From IMG/VR virus record IMGVR_UViG_3300028888_000107, positions 14,598 to 78,597 of that record: DNA of 64,000 bases; one strand, 5' to 3'. This DNA is from a virus (Duplodnaviria > Caudoviricetes). This document shows, piece by piece, positions 10,066-19,824 of this stretch. A program made the position numbers and the translations under genes. Position 1 is the stretch's first letter; every line of letters starts with the position of its first letter. Below the pieces are notes generated by a model. That model did not search any database. It saw only the letters and a list, made by a program, of their open reading frames with translations, and had not been told where the DNA came from.

Positions 10066-10758
10066 TCACTTTGCCTTTGAAATTATTTTCATAATGTTAT
10101 CGTATGTAACTGGTGCGTACCCGCAAAAGTCAACACCCACATTAAAACGTCTTTCTTTTTTAAGGTTTGGGGGTGTTGGGATTGTACCACCGTGCAAGTT
10201 TACAACGCCCTTTTCTTTTCCATTCCAATCAAGCAAAGGGTAATGGGATAACACAATACCGTATTCGGGCATTTCCACAATGTTGTTGTGCAACACCAAA
10301 AAGTCATCGTTGTTGTCTTCTATTTTCTTTTGCAAAAACGCAAACATGCTTTCCGATGTGGTTAAGCCAACACTTTCGTATGCCTTGTATGAAATGTAGT
10401 CGCTTTCAAAAAGATTGCCAAAATTTGACACACCCCCGGTTTCGCTTGATAAAACAGATGTTAAAAGGTCGTTGTTTTGTATAACGCAACGCTTGTCAAA
10501 ATCGGTTGGCAAAAGAACCTTTATGCCACGAAGCATATTCAAAAGCATATCGTATCTTGAAAAGTCGTACACAAAGTTGCCAAGCACAAACACCACATCA
10601 TCTTCCCTTACATTTATGTTCCATTTTTCAATAAGGGTATCGTTCATACCCTCAACTGTTTTGAAGTTTCTTTTTCTAATGTCTATTATGTTATCACGGT
10701 AAAGCCACAAATCGCTTGTAAAAAACAGCCTTCTTTTCTTGTCCTTTTTATCCGCCAT
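10066..10758 (-). CDS. calcineurin-like metallophosphoesterase fold with degenerate metal ligands
   Basis: FFTSDLW, WN..V...DVVFVLGNF, SHYPL, NLHGG, FNVGVD. Confidence 0.75.
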   Translation of the reverse strand: MADKKDKKRRLFFTSDLWLYRDNIIDIRKRNFKTVEGMNDTLIEKWNINVREDDVVFVLGNFVYDFSRYDMLLNMLRGIKVLLPTDFDKRCVIQNNDLLTSVLSSETGGVSNFGNLFESDYISYKAYESVGLTTSESMFAFLQKKIEDNNDDFLVLHNNIVEMPEYGIVLSHYPLLDWNGKEKGVVNLHGGTIPTPPNLKKERRFNVGVDFCGYAPVTYDNIMKIISKAK

Positions 10759-10761
10759 GTT

Positions 10762-11232
10762 TTAAAAGTTTAAGTTTCTTATTAAAATGTTTTGTTTGTT
10801 AAAGCCTTTGAATTGTTTTCTATCGGCATTCATTCTCCTAAACACGCTATCAACATCATTTCTTTTTAGCAACCTGAACAACCTTTCCCAAAAAGGTATT
10901 TTTAGGTAGATTACAACAAAGTTGTGTATGTTTTTGTCGTGCAACATATTTATATATTCGGGGGTTAGCACAAAAACATCCTTGTTTTTCCATTCGCCTT
11001 TCCTTAACCCGTACCACCAGTTGTTGTAGGAGTATGAAAAAAGGTAATCGCTTTTGTCAAAATTTTCCTCGCTTTTAAAGTAGTAATCAACACCATCCTT
11101 TTCACCCTTCCTTATGGGTCGTGTTGTATCAAGAACACCTGCAAGAAACCCCTTGTTGGCAAAAACGTTTTTAAGGTAATCCTTGCCGCTTGCCGCCGGT
11201 CCCGTTATTACTATTTTTGTTTTGTTAGCCAT
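10762..11232 (-). CDS. gmk: guanylate kinase
   Basis: P-loop ITGPAASGKD and TTRPIRKGEKDGVDYYF. Confidence 0.85.
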   Translation of the reverse strand: MANKTKIVITGPAASGKDYLKNVFANKGFLAGVLDTTRPIRKGEKDGVDYYFKSEENFDKSDYLFSYSYNNWWYGLRKGEWKNKDVFVLTPEYINMLHDKNIHNFVVIYLKIPFWERLFRLLKRNDVDSVFRRMNADRKQFKGFNKQNILIRNLNF

Positions 11233-11289
11233 AACTATAAATAAACCATACATATTTAATATAATAAAAAAACCAAGATTTTTTGATTT

Positions 11290-11943
11290 ATGCCCACAAT
11301 CTTTTACACCGATGATAGTGTTTTAAAGCATTTGCCAAAAAGCATAGAAGAGGCTGAAAACATATTGGACGAATACACTGAAATTATAAACAAAACAATT
11401 GAATCAATCTCACAAGTTTGCTATGCCACCCCAAACGGCATAACACCAACCAACAAAGGTGTTGAACCTGTTGACTATATAAACCACCTTTTTGATAAAT
11501 ACTACAACAACGCATACAGCGAAAACATTTTTAAGTATTGCGATATGTTGTTGCTTTGCGAAGAATACGATAAAAACCCAAAGGGGGATAACTACTTTAA
11601 AACCCTTCAACGTGAAATTACAATAAACGATAACATTTCCTCGGAAAAGGAACGAATGGTTTTGTACAGGAAATTATGGAACGAAAACAAAGAGATGGAA
11701 GAAAGGTTAAAGGCGTTTATGTCCGCATCCCCAAAGGATGTAACACCCGATGGCAAAGATTGTTTGGAATACATTGCAAAGGAACTTGATTCACTTTTTT
11801 CAATAATATTGGAAAACAACATTGAAATGCTTAAACTCACTTTTCTTGAAAACGAAAGCCTGTGCTACAACACAAAGGAATGCAAAGGGTTGGGGCAAAG
11901 CGAAAAGCAAGAACTTTTTTACGATACAAAAGTTAAACATTAA
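11290..11943 (+). CDS. hypothetical protein
   Basis: 217-aa ORF; TATAAATA at 11236-11243 upstream. Confidence 0.65.
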   Translation: MPTIFYTDDSVLKHLPKSIEEAENILDEYTEIINKTIESISQVCYATPNGITPTNKGVEPVDYINHLFDKYYNNAYSENIFKYCDMLLLCEEYDKNPKGDNYFKTLQREITINDNISSEKERMVLYRKLWNENKEMEERLKAFMSASPKDVTPDGKDCLEYIAKELDSLFSIILENNIEMLKLTFLENESLCYNTKECKGLGQSEKQELFYDTKVKH

Positions 11944-11948
11944 CAGTA

Positions 11949-12158
11949 ATGAAAACTACAATTTGGGTTGCAAGGGATATGAGTGGCGAACTTAACTTTT
12001 TTAAGTCCGAACCAAAAGAGTATATTGGCGGTACCTTTTACCACAAAAGCATTTTGCGTATTGGCGAATACCTTGCCGATAAGTACAAATGGGTCACCTA
12101 TGAAATGTCCCCTGTTGAATTAAACCTTTCCATTACAAAAAAGAAAAAAGGTGTATAA
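11949..12158 (+). CDS. hypothetical protein
   Basis: 69-aa ORF (WVARD..G.L..F...P), operon spacing. Confidence 0.6.
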   Translation: MKTTIWVARDMSGELNFFKSEPKEYIGGTFYHKSILRIGEYLADKYKWVTYEMSPVELNLSITKKKKGV

Positions 12159-12179
12159 ATACTAAAAACAAATATTGCT

Positions 12180-12677
12180 ATGCACATTTTTAGAATAAAC
12201 GAAATGTATTCCGTCCATCCAGAAAACTTGGGTGAATTTAGGGAATACCTTATGCAAAACGGTTACGAAATTGAAGAAAGGGAAACAAACCACGAATACA
12301 GGGGCAGTAAGAAAGGCATTATGATATGTGTAAAGGATAAAAAAAGACCCAACTACACCATTTGCTTTGATTTTACATCCGATAAACCCAATGCGTATGA
12401 ATTTTTGTATTTTGTTGAAAAGGATGGTGAAAAAGACAACTTCTTTTACATAGGAAGCACAATGGAAATAGAATACGTTAAGGATTTGAACCTTTTGCTT
12501 GATGTGAAGGGAACATATAAAAAGTATTTTGTGGATTATAGAAAAAAGATGTTAAAGAAAGCGGAAGCCGCTTACAAAAGGGATGTTATGAAAAACGGAC
12601 GCTTTGCTTCCGATTATGATTTGGAAATAGCACGTGAAAAACTTAAATTGGCTGAACAAAAATATAATAATATATAA
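12180..12677 (+). CDS. hypothetical protein with capsid-targeting-like leader
   Basis: MHIFRINEM; late promoter 12154-12161. Confidence 0.65.
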   Translation: MHIFRINEMYSVHPENLGEFREYLMQNGYEIEERETNHEYRGSKKGIMICVKDKKRPNYTICFDFTSDKPNAYEFLYFVEKDGEKDNFFYIGSTMEIEYVKDLNLLLDVKGTYKKYFVDYRKKMLKKAEAAYKRDVMKNGRFASDYDLEIAREKLKLAEQKYNNI

Positions 12678-12685
12678 TAAAAGAT

Positions 12686-13336
12686 ATAACACATATTAAA
12701 AGAATAAATGAAATGCATCCAAGCACTTATTTAAGTGCTGCAGATAAAAGAGAGGCGCAAATAAAACAAACACCAAAAGAGTTAAGAAAAAATTTGCCAA
12801 AACATATATTGGAATCACCTAAAAAATTAAGGTCACATGCACAAAAAATGGACAAAACCCCCAAAGTTTATGAATTAATTACACGCTCTAATGAAAGTCT
12901 TACAAGATTTAGTTGTGATTATAATGAATTTGAATGGGTTGATAAAAGCAGATGGATTAATTATATGGCAAGCACTTATGAAGCGTGCTATTTAACAAAA
13001 GATGATATTAAAGAAGTTAAAAATAATAAAGAAAATAGTGATATAAAATATAAGTTTAACGAAAATTCACTTAAAGACAATGTTGAATACCCATTTGTTT
13101 TGGTTGATGGTGGTGGATGGAATAATACTTGCTATATGTTATTACTTGACATTGAAAGTGCCACACCAGATGAATGGGAGTATGACACCGAAGTTGTAAA
13201 ATTTATAGCAACAAAATACCAATTATATGATGGAATTATAGATTTTAGTCTCCTTGACGATGGTTCTAATGAAGATGAAGTAAAAGAGGCTGAACAAAAT
13301 TGGGATAATATGATACACAGATTAATGAAAAAATAA
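12686..13336 (+). CDS. hypothetical protein; leader begins at ATA (first ATG at 12713)
   Basis: In-frame ATA-ACA-CAT-ATT-AAA-AGA-ATA-AAT-GAA-ATG = (I)THIKRINEM, matching MTHIKKINEM of 41101-41400. Confidence 0.6.
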   Translation: MTHIKRINEMHPSTYLSAADKREAQIKQTPKELRKNLPKHILESPKKLRSHAQKMDKTPKVYELITRSNESLTRFSCDYNEFEWVDKSRWINYMASTYEACYLTKDDIKEVKNNKENSDIKYKFNENSLKDNVEYPFVLVDGGGWNNTCYMLLLDIESATPDEWEYDTEVVKFIATKYQLYDGIIDFSLLDDGSNEDEVKEAEQNWDNMIHRLMKK

Positions 13337-13394
13337 ACATAACACTTTTTAAGAAAGAAAAAAGTTAAATTATAAACCACATAACACAACAAAC

Positions 13395-13425
13395 AAAAAG
13401 GTGCGTCAAAAACGCACCTTTTTTT
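13395..13425. terminator. bidirectional intrinsic terminator
   Basis: AAAAAGGTGCGT-caaaa-ACGCACCTTTTTTT between convergent genes. Confidence 0.85.
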
Positions 13426-13445
13426 CATAAATCATTAACCTAAAT

Positions 13446-14951
13446 TTAAATTCCCCAAGGGGGCAATTCAATATCTCCGCATTTGGTTTTCACCACATTG
13501 TAATTTTTTCCTTCTTTGTTTGGTTGGTTGTAAATGTTTGGCTTGTTTTTTATGTAATCACATTCACTATCTTTTGTACTGTCATCATTTTCCTTAACCT
13601 GTTCCCAGTTTAGTTGGGAGGGGAGTATTTGCAAACCGCTTTGGTATTCTATTTCCAACAAGGCACAATCGCTTTTTGTAAGGGTAAATATCTTTTCGTT
13701 GTTTCCCGATAGTTGCTTCACTACCAAGCAATCAAGCACAATGCCAAATATATCGTGGATATATTTAACGAGCAAATATGTCTTTTCTTGTTGTTCGGAA
13801 CCATCCAAGGACTCGTGCTTTAACAAATACACACGGTTTTCTTCAAACAAGGTTGGTTGTTCTTGTTGGTAATTGAACATATTGGCGTAGTTGTATTGTT
13901 CAATTTTATCAACATCCATATTAGGCAGCACATCCAACTCGTGACTCTTCCTTTCATCTTCATATTTAATTTCTTGCCAAAAGTAGCCGTCAAATATTTC
14001 GGACTTGTTGGTTTCCTTGTTAAAATACACATTTCCAAGCACATTTTCTTTATGGTCAACATCGATTCCTTTGTAAACAAGAGCGGGACCCTTTGCTTTT
14101 ATATTTAGAATTTCATAATCAAGTGGATAGTGGGTATCATACCGCCACACTTTTATGCAATTCACTTGGATATATGAAATATCAGCGAAAACAAAATTGT
14201 AAAGTATATCCACGTGGTATGGTTTCCTTGTGGACATATCAATTACGTTTTTTTTGCAATACTCATGATAACTGTTGTGCAAGCCGCAAAAGTCAACAGT
14301 AAGGTATCCAAATTCATCACCGGTTGACGGCACACCCTTGTTAATTAAATGCTCGCACAATATATCCAAAGATGATTTAACAAACTCCTTGTTATCCTTG
14401 TTGGGGGTTAGCAAGGGGACGTAGTTAAACCTTTCTTCGGTTGTTTCATAAATTACCAAACATTTTCTTTGGGTGCTAAAATAGGTATCGCAATCGTTTG
14501 GCTTGCTATGAAAAATCCCATTTTTTATTTCGCTTTTGTTTTTTATCCAACCAAGAAATGTGTATGGTCCAAAACTGCGTCCAATTTGTTGACCATCTTC
14601 CTTAAAAAAGTCAACCTCGTTGCACATTGCTTGCAAGAAAAAACTTTTGCTGTAATCAAACCTTCTTGTGCTGTAAGGTCTGTTATATGTACCCTTGCTT
14701 GATGCTTCCATATTTTCCCTTGCCTTTTCACAAATTTTTCTTATGTAATCGTTTACATAGTCATTGTGTTCGTTGTTTGCATTGCCATCAAACTTTGATT
14801 TTAGGTATGCGCTTATAGCATCCTTTGTTCTATCGGACACCCCTTGTTCATTAGATTCCCGTTTTCCGGCATTAAAGTATTTGGACAATTTGGCTATCCT
14901 TTTATCAAGGTCGTCATCGCTATATGTAGTTCTTATGATGGTTCTTGCCAT
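13446..14951 (-). CDS. hypothetical protein
   Basis: 501-aa ORF, no recognised motif. Confidence 0.7.
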   Translation of the reverse strand: MARTIIRTTYSDDDLDKRIAKLSKYFNAGKRESNEQGVSDRTKDAISAYLKSKFDGNANNEHNDYVNDYIRKICEKARENMEASSKGTYNRPYSTRRFDYSKSFFLQAMCNEVDFFKEDGQQIGRSFGPYTFLGWIKNKSEIKNGIFHSKPNDCDTYFSTQRKCLVIYETTEERFNYVPLLTPNKDNKEFVKSSLDILCEHLINKGVPSTGDEFGYLTVDFCGLHNSYHEYCKKNVIDMSTRKPYHVDILYNFVFADISYIQVNCIKVWRYDTHYPLDYEILNIKAKGPALVYKGIDVDHKENVLGNVYFNKETNKSEIFDGYFWQEIKYEDERKSHELDVLPNMDVDKIEQYNYANMFNYQQEQPTLFEENRVYLLKHESLDGSEQQEKTYLLVKYIHDIFGIVLDCLVVKQLSGNNEKIFTLTKSDCALLEIEYQSGLQILPSQLNWEQVKENDDSTKDSECDYIKNKPNIYNQPNKEGKNYNVVKTKCGDIELPPWGI

Positions 14952-15022
14952 TTTTGGTAAGGGTTAAACAAAATTGCTTTTTTAATAATATAATAAAAAA
15001 AGCAAAGTATTTTGGCACAAAA

Positions 15023-16102
15023 CTATTGGTTGTTAAGTTCGTTGGAAAGTTTTTCAGAAAGTTCCTTTAAGGTTTCGTTTATTTCATTTCTTTTCCTTTC
15101 ACCCTCATCGTGTATCCTTTTGTACTCGTTCATTGTGTCAATAAGGGATTGTGTGGTTTTCCTTAAAGTATCCGCACTAACAACGCTTTCTTCGTTTGCC
15201 TTTGCCACGTTAATGGTGTTCATTTTCAAAAGTTCGGCATTTCTAACAAGTATTTCGTTTGTGGCATTGGACGCCATTCGTTGAACCTCAATGTTGTTCC
15301 TTTGGTTTTGCATTGTTACCGATATGCTTAATTGGTTCTTCCAAATGGGGATAACGGTGTTCACAATGTTATCGGACTTTTGGGCAATCATATTGTTGCT
15401 GTTTTGCAACGCCCGTATTTGCAAAAGGTCTTGCCCCATAATATACTCGGTAACTTTCATATCGGTTATCCTTTTTTGAAGGGCTTCCCTAAACGCATAC
15501 ATATCCTGCAACATATAGGGTTCGGTATCGGGGTTGTTTTCCATATCGGCTATGGTGTTGCCCAATTCCTTTTCCTTTAGCATTGCCGCAATAATTAGTT
15601 CACGCATACGCTTTACATAGGAAACATTGTTGTCAAAAATGATTTGCAATGTTCCGTTATCCTTTAGGGCGATAAGTTTTGTTGCGGTAATCTTCTTTGC
15701 CACATCATCAACATTATCGGCAATGTTGTTAAACTTAACAAGGTTGGTTTTGTACCTTTTTATAAGTTTTTTGATTAGGGGTATTTGCCTAATAAACTTA
15801 ATAAAGGAGTTTTCCTCGTTTAGTTTGTCAAGGTCAATATCGTTTAACCCCACCAAAAGGTTGTTAATAATGTTGCAAGCATCTTCGGTGGTTTCGCTGT
15901 TTGACTTGGTAATACGCAAAAGGTCATCACCGTTTTTTCTTACAATTTGGGAAAGGTCGCTACCATAGGTTTGTATGGAGTTGATGTCGTTTTCCCTTAT
16001 GCTTTTGGCAATGGTTGTTAGTTTTTTAAGTTCCTTTTCGTCCATATTGGCTATGCTTTTGTCATAGTCATAGGACTTAATTGCAACGTTGTTGTTTTCC
16101 AT
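15023..16102 (-). CDS. telA: toxic anion resistance protein (TelA/KlaA family)
   Basis: Helical 359-aa protein; IQTYGSDLSQ, IRALQNSNNMIAQK, TVIPIWKNQLSI, NATNEILVRNAELLK pattern. Confidence 0.8.
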   Translation of the reverse strand: MENNNVAIKSYDYDKSIANMDEKELKKLTTIAKSIRENDINSIQTYGSDLSQIVRKNGDDLLRITKSNSETTEDACNIINNLLVGLNDIDLDKLNEENSFIKFIRQIPLIKKLIKRYKTNLVKFNNIADNVDDVAKKITATKLIALKDNGTLQIIFDNNVSYVKRMRELIIAAMLKEKELGNTIADMENNPDTEPYMLQDMYAFREALQKRITDMKVTEYIMGQDLLQIRALQNSNNMIAQKSDNIVNTVIPIWKNQLSISVTMQNQRNNIEVQRMASNATNEILVRNAELLKMNTINVAKANEESVVSADTLRKTTQSLIDTMNEYKRIHDEGERKRNEINETLKELSEKLSNELNNQ

Positions 16103-16135
16103 ATCACTTGTTTGTTAAAGGGTTTGTAATTCTTG

Positions 16136-16660
16136 TTAAATTGTTCTTAAATTGTTAAGTATTTGCTTTTTAATAACATTGTCCTTTCCGCCCACATATT
16201 CTTCAAAGGCACGCATTAGTTCAAGTCCATCGGGGTCGGCAAGTGCCAAAGTGTATGTAACGGGGTCATTCGGGTAAAGTTGTTCCCTAACAAAATCGGC
16301 AAAGTTTTCAAACTTGGGATAATCCTTTTGGTTCCACACCCTTTCATCTGCAAGCAGGCAAATGCTTGTGGTAAGCCCGCCAAGGTCTTCCTCTTCAAAG
16401 GTTTCAAAGGCGATGTTGTTTTCAACAAGAATGGATTTAATTTCATCCATATCCTTTGTTGAACCACCGTTAAGAATAACAAGGGTTTTGTCTTCACTAA
16501 TCCACTTGTTTAAGTCGGGTTCGCCAATATGTTTCCAAACGTATTCGCAAACACCGTGTGTGGTTTGAACACCGTTGTTAATGCCGTTTAATTGTCGAAG
16601 CACAATACTGTACATTTTGTATTCGTGCTTGTATGCTTCTTCTTTTGTAATTTCTTTCAT
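16136..16660 (-). CDS. peptidyl-tRNA hydrolase 2-like fold protein
   Basis: MYSIVLRQL...VQTTH...KTLVILNGG...FEEEDLGGLTTSICL. Confidence 0.55.
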   Translation of the reverse strand: MKEITKEEAYKHEYKMYSIVLRQLNGINNGVQTTHGVCEYVWKHIGEPDLNKWISEDKTLVILNGGSTKDMDEIKSILVENNIAFETFEEEDLGGLTTSICLLADERVWNQKDYPKFENFADFVREQLYPNDPVTYTLALADPDGLELMRAFEEYVGGKDNVIKKQILNNLRTI

Positions 16661-16836
16661 TTTGGTTTGCTTTTAAAATTTTCAACAAGTTTTCTTATTT
16701 GCCATTTTCCACATTTGGCTATTTCTTTTGCAATTTCTTTGTTATAAAACCTAAAAACATTGGGTATGTATATAGGGTAGTGGGAATTGGCTTCACGTTT
16801 TCTTGCCAACCTTAACACATCATTCATTTCATCCAT
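16657..16836 (-). CDS. small hypothetical protein (59 aa, below ORF-track cutoff)
   Basis: MDEMNDVLRLARKREAN...KSKPK*, stop overlaps next ATG (ATGA). Confidence 0.55.
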   Translation of the reverse strand: MDEMNDVLRLARKREANSHYPIYIPNVFRFYNKEIAKEIAKCGKWQIRKLVENFKSKPK

Positions 16837-16844
16837 AGCGTTTA

Positions 16845-17258
16845 CTATTTATTGGGTTTAACTATGTTATTATCTGGAATTTTTAAAAACCTGCAAACCG
16901 ATTCATAAACCGCACCAAACAAGTTTTCGTTTCTTACAATAAAGGATAGGTACGAGTATTCGCATTCAACATCCCAAACATTGTTAATTGCCTTTCCATC
17001 ATCATCAAAAGTTATGGGCAAATATTGAACGCACACCCAAACGTTTGCCTTTTGCAAAACCATCAAAAGGGCATCCAACGTCCAACAGGGTATGCTTTGT
17101 TCATCTTCAATGTCGCTCTTTATGCAATCATCTTTAACGCTTGGTATCCCAAACACACCCAAATCGTTGTGGGGGTTAAACGGGTACAAAAGGTCTGCGG
17201 TTTCGCTTGGCAAACCCAACTTAAGCAATTCCTTTGATTGTTCTATTGTTGTGTACAT
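16845..17258 (-). CDS. hypothetical protein
   Basis: MYTTIEQSKELLKLGLP...PCWTLDALL. Confidence 0.7.
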   Translation of the reverse strand: MYTTIEQSKELLKLGLPSETADLLYPFNPHNDLGVFGIPSVKDDCIKSDIEDEQSIPCWTLDALLMVLQKANVWVCVQYLPITFDDDGKAINNVWDVECEYSYLSFIVRNENLFGAVYESVCRFLKIPDNNIVKPNK

Positions 17259-17269
17259 AGTGTATGGTT

Positions 17270-17791
17270 TTAATCTTCTTCAATTTCATAACCAAATGGT
17301 ATAATTCCATCGGCAATGCTTTTCCAATGTTTAACAACATCTTTGTGTGCGGGAAACGATGAATTTTTGTTTTCTTCCAGCAACCTTTTTGCTTCCTTTT
17401 GCAAACTTTCCCAAGCCCATTTTGGAAGTGTTTTAAACTTGTATTCATATTGTGGAAACAACATATCATCATAACTTAAAAGCATCATGCCAACATTGTT
17501 TCTTCCCAAATGCAATTGTTTTATAAGTTCCCACATAACGCAACCCATTTGAAACCCAGTCATTCCAAAAACAAACGACAACAGTTGAACAGACGCATAA
17601 CCCAACGCACCCGCACCGTAAACGGATTCTTCATACAAGTCAGAACCATCGTGTGTGTTTTCCAAATGTTTAATTATCTCGGTTGCGAATTGCTTAAGGT
17701 CATCCTCCGATTTAATTTCGGTTTTCGCCTTGTTGTACCAAGCCTCTTTTATTTCATTCCATTTTTTTCTTTGTTCTTCCGTTATGTTCAT
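17270..17791 (-). CDS. hypothetical protein
   Basis: 173-aa ORF in early array. Confidence 0.7.
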   Translation of the reverse strand: MNITEEQRKKWNEIKEAWYNKAKTEIKSEDDLKQFATEIIKHLENTHDGSDLYEESVYGAGALGYASVQLLSFVFGMTGFQMGCVMWELIKQLHLGRNNVGMMLLSYDDMLFPQYEYKFKTLPKWAWESLQKEAKRLLEENKNSSFPAHKDVVKHWKSIADGIIPFGYEIEED

Positions 17792-17793
17792 AG

Positions 17794-18024
17794 TTATTGC
17801 TTTTTTGATTTGTTGTTTCTTTCGGATGTCACAAGATAGCCAATTCTAATTTTAAAACTCCCGTCCTTACTTTCATAGGGGGTGTTCTTGTCCAAAAGTC
17901 CGCCCTTCCGAAACATATTGTAGGTTGTGCCAATCTCTTCCTTTGTGTGGTGGTTAAACACTTCCTTTACACATCCATAATACTCGTGGTTTCCGTTAAA
18001 TTCCACATGAACAATTTTTCTCAT
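17794..18024 (-). CDS. hypothetical protein
   Basis: Start set at MRKIVHVEF (ATG 18024) to avoid overlap. Confidence 0.55.
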   Translation of the reverse strand: MRKIVHVEFNGNHEYYGCVKEVFNHHTKEEIGTTYNMFRKGGLLDKNTPYESKDGSFKIRIGYLVTSERNNKSKKQ

Positions 18025-18034
18025 TTTTGTTTTT

Positions 18035-18457
18035 TTATTTGTTAATACTAATATCTTCAATAATAATTTTAATTGCGTTGTTAATTGCTTCTTCGGGTGT
18101 GGCGTATTCGTCTTTACTTTTAACAGAACCGCACCCCGTATAATTGTTGCCAACCCTCAATCTTTTTTTGTGGCAATATTTCCACATTAAATCCGTCACC
18201 CCATCTACGGTTTCGGCAACGGGTTCCACCCATACCCACATATCCATAGCAATCCTTAACCATTTAATAACCATTTGAAGTGGTGGGGATATTACACAAT
18301 CTTCATCATCTTCCCAATAATTTATTTCACCATTTGGTAGATATGAAATAGAGTTGTATGGATTAAGTTCAAAAGAAACACCTTTTTCTTTTAAAAGTTT
18401 TGCAACCTCAAAAGAACAATAATCTTCTTCAATTTCATACGTTTTTACTACTTTCAT
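18035..18457 (-). CDS. hypothetical protein
   Basis: EDYCSFEVAKLLKEKG...PPLQMVIKWLR. Confidence 0.7.
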   Translation of the reverse strand: MKVVKTYEIEEDYCSFEVAKLLKEKGVSFELNPYNSISYLPNGEINYWEDDEDCVISPPLQMVIKWLRIAMDMWVWVEPVAETVDGVTDLMWKYCHKKRLRVGNNYTGCGSVKSKDEYATPEEAINNAIKIIIEDISINK

Positions 18458-18794
18458 TGTTTTTGCTGTTTTTGTTTTTTAACCACCATTGTCCGTCCAT
18501 AAAACCTCGAATGTAAACTTGCAAGGCGTTTGGAAATTTTGTAAGTTGTATCCCGTATGCCTTTTTTCTTGCAACTTCAAGAACTTCGTCATCGGTCAAA
18601 TATTGGGTGCTTTCAGTTTCAATAGTTTCTTGGTCATCCTCAATAAGTTTAACAATCCAATCCATCCATTCTTTTGTCCAGTCACGCTTTTTTGACAAAG
18701 GGCAACCCTCAAATTGATATGTCGCGTTGGCGAGATGCACAAAGGACTTTTCAAATGCGTCCCTAATTACCATAAGTTTTTCTTCCGGTGTCAT
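18435..18794 (-). CDS. hypothetical protein
   Basis: 119-aa ORF in array. Confidence 0.65.
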   Translation of the reverse strand: MTPEEKLMVIRDAFEKSFVHLANATYQFEGCPLSKKRDWTKEWMDWIVKLIEDDQETIETESTQYLTDDEVLEVARKKAYGIQLTKFPNALQVYIRGFMDGQWWLKNKNSKNNESSKNV

Positions 18795-18862
18795 TGCTAT
18801 TTGTTTTTTTCGTTTTTTAATTCTAAAGTTTTTTATCTTTTACAAACCAATTTTGTTATTTC

Positions 18863-19066
18863 TTAATACACCACATTAAGTTTTTTCTCTATACCTAATT
18901 CGTATTCGGTCTCCCTTTTGTCAAGAAATTCTTTTATTTCCTTTAAGTTCATTTCTTTAAAAAACGGGTAGGTTTCCAACATATCTTTGGTGCATTGAAG
19001 AAATTTTGAAATCATTGACAATGTTGCAAAATCTTCTCTAATATTGTAATATTCTTGTTTTGTCAT
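18863..19066 (-). CDS. hypothetical protein
   Basis: 67-aa ORF, ATGA-coupled to upstream gene. Confidence 0.6.
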   Translation of the reverse strand: MTKQEYYNIREDFATLSMISKFLQCTKDMLETYPFFKEMNLKEIKEFLDKRETEYELGIEKKLNVVY

Positions 19067-19320
19067 TGTTCTTTCATTGCTTTTTTAAAAAAATGAATAA
19101 GTTCACCCGTGTTGTAATCATGAAGCGAACACGTTGGTGGCATAAAATCTTCAACGTGTTTTTCCAACCATTCACACGCTTTGGCTATAATTTGTTCTTC
19201 TTTCCATTTGGACATTCGCATGGCTGAATTATACGCCATTTCGTAAAATGTTCTATTGGTGTTAAACCCAGATGAAAAGATACTATCAACTATTTTCTTT
19301 GCGTTTTGTTCATCCAACAT
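19063..19320 (-). CDS. hypothetical protein, related to the core of 27577-27804
   Basis: MLDEQNAKKIV...MSKWKEEQIIAKA vs MTDEQKAKELV...MAKWKEQQMLDKA. Confidence 0.65.
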   Translation of the reverse strand: MLDEQNAKKIVDSIFSSGFNTNRTFYEMAYNSAMRMSKWKEEQIIAKACEWLEKHVEDFMPPTCSLHDYNTGELIHFFKKAMKEQ

Positions 19321-19363
19321 ATTGTTTTTTATTATGTGTTAATAATCTAATTATTTTTGTAAT

Positions 19364-19810
19364 TTAATCGTATGTTTCTTCAAGATAGCCATTAACCATT
19401 TCAGTTTCGCCTTCTTCTTTCCAAAATCCTACAACATCATCAAATATTTTACCGGTTACATCAACCCGTCCACCTTGCCAAGAAGATTGAACATCCAATG
19501 TAAACCATCCACCGTCCTTTGTTCTTACCGCCCATAGGTTTTTTTCGTCATAACTCGGACAAGATACTTCCACAAAGTAATCGGTATCTTTGGCAAAAAG
19601 AAAACCACAATTTGAAGACTCATCTTTCCATATATCATACAATGTTGTTTTAATATTATTCAAGTCAAAAATTATTTTTTTGGCTTCTTCGGGTGTTATC
19701 ACCCTTTCACACCTACAGACATAATGTCTTGAAAGTGATGTTTTTCCATCATCAAAAAAATGATATTCCTTTCCAATTTCTGGAATATTGTTGTTCTGTT
19801 TTTGTTTCAT
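19364..19810 (-). CDS. hypothetical protein
   Basis: 148-aa ORF in array. Confidence 0.7.
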   Translation of the reverse strand: MKQKQNNNIPEIGKEYHFFDDGKTSLSRHYVCRCERVITPEEAKKIIFDLNNIKTTLYDIWKDESSNCGFLFAKDTDYFVEVSCPSYDEKNLWAVRTKDGGWFTLDVQSSWQGGRVDVTGKIFDDVVGFWKEEGETEMVNGYLEETYD

Positions 19811-19824
19811 AATATCCTTAAATT

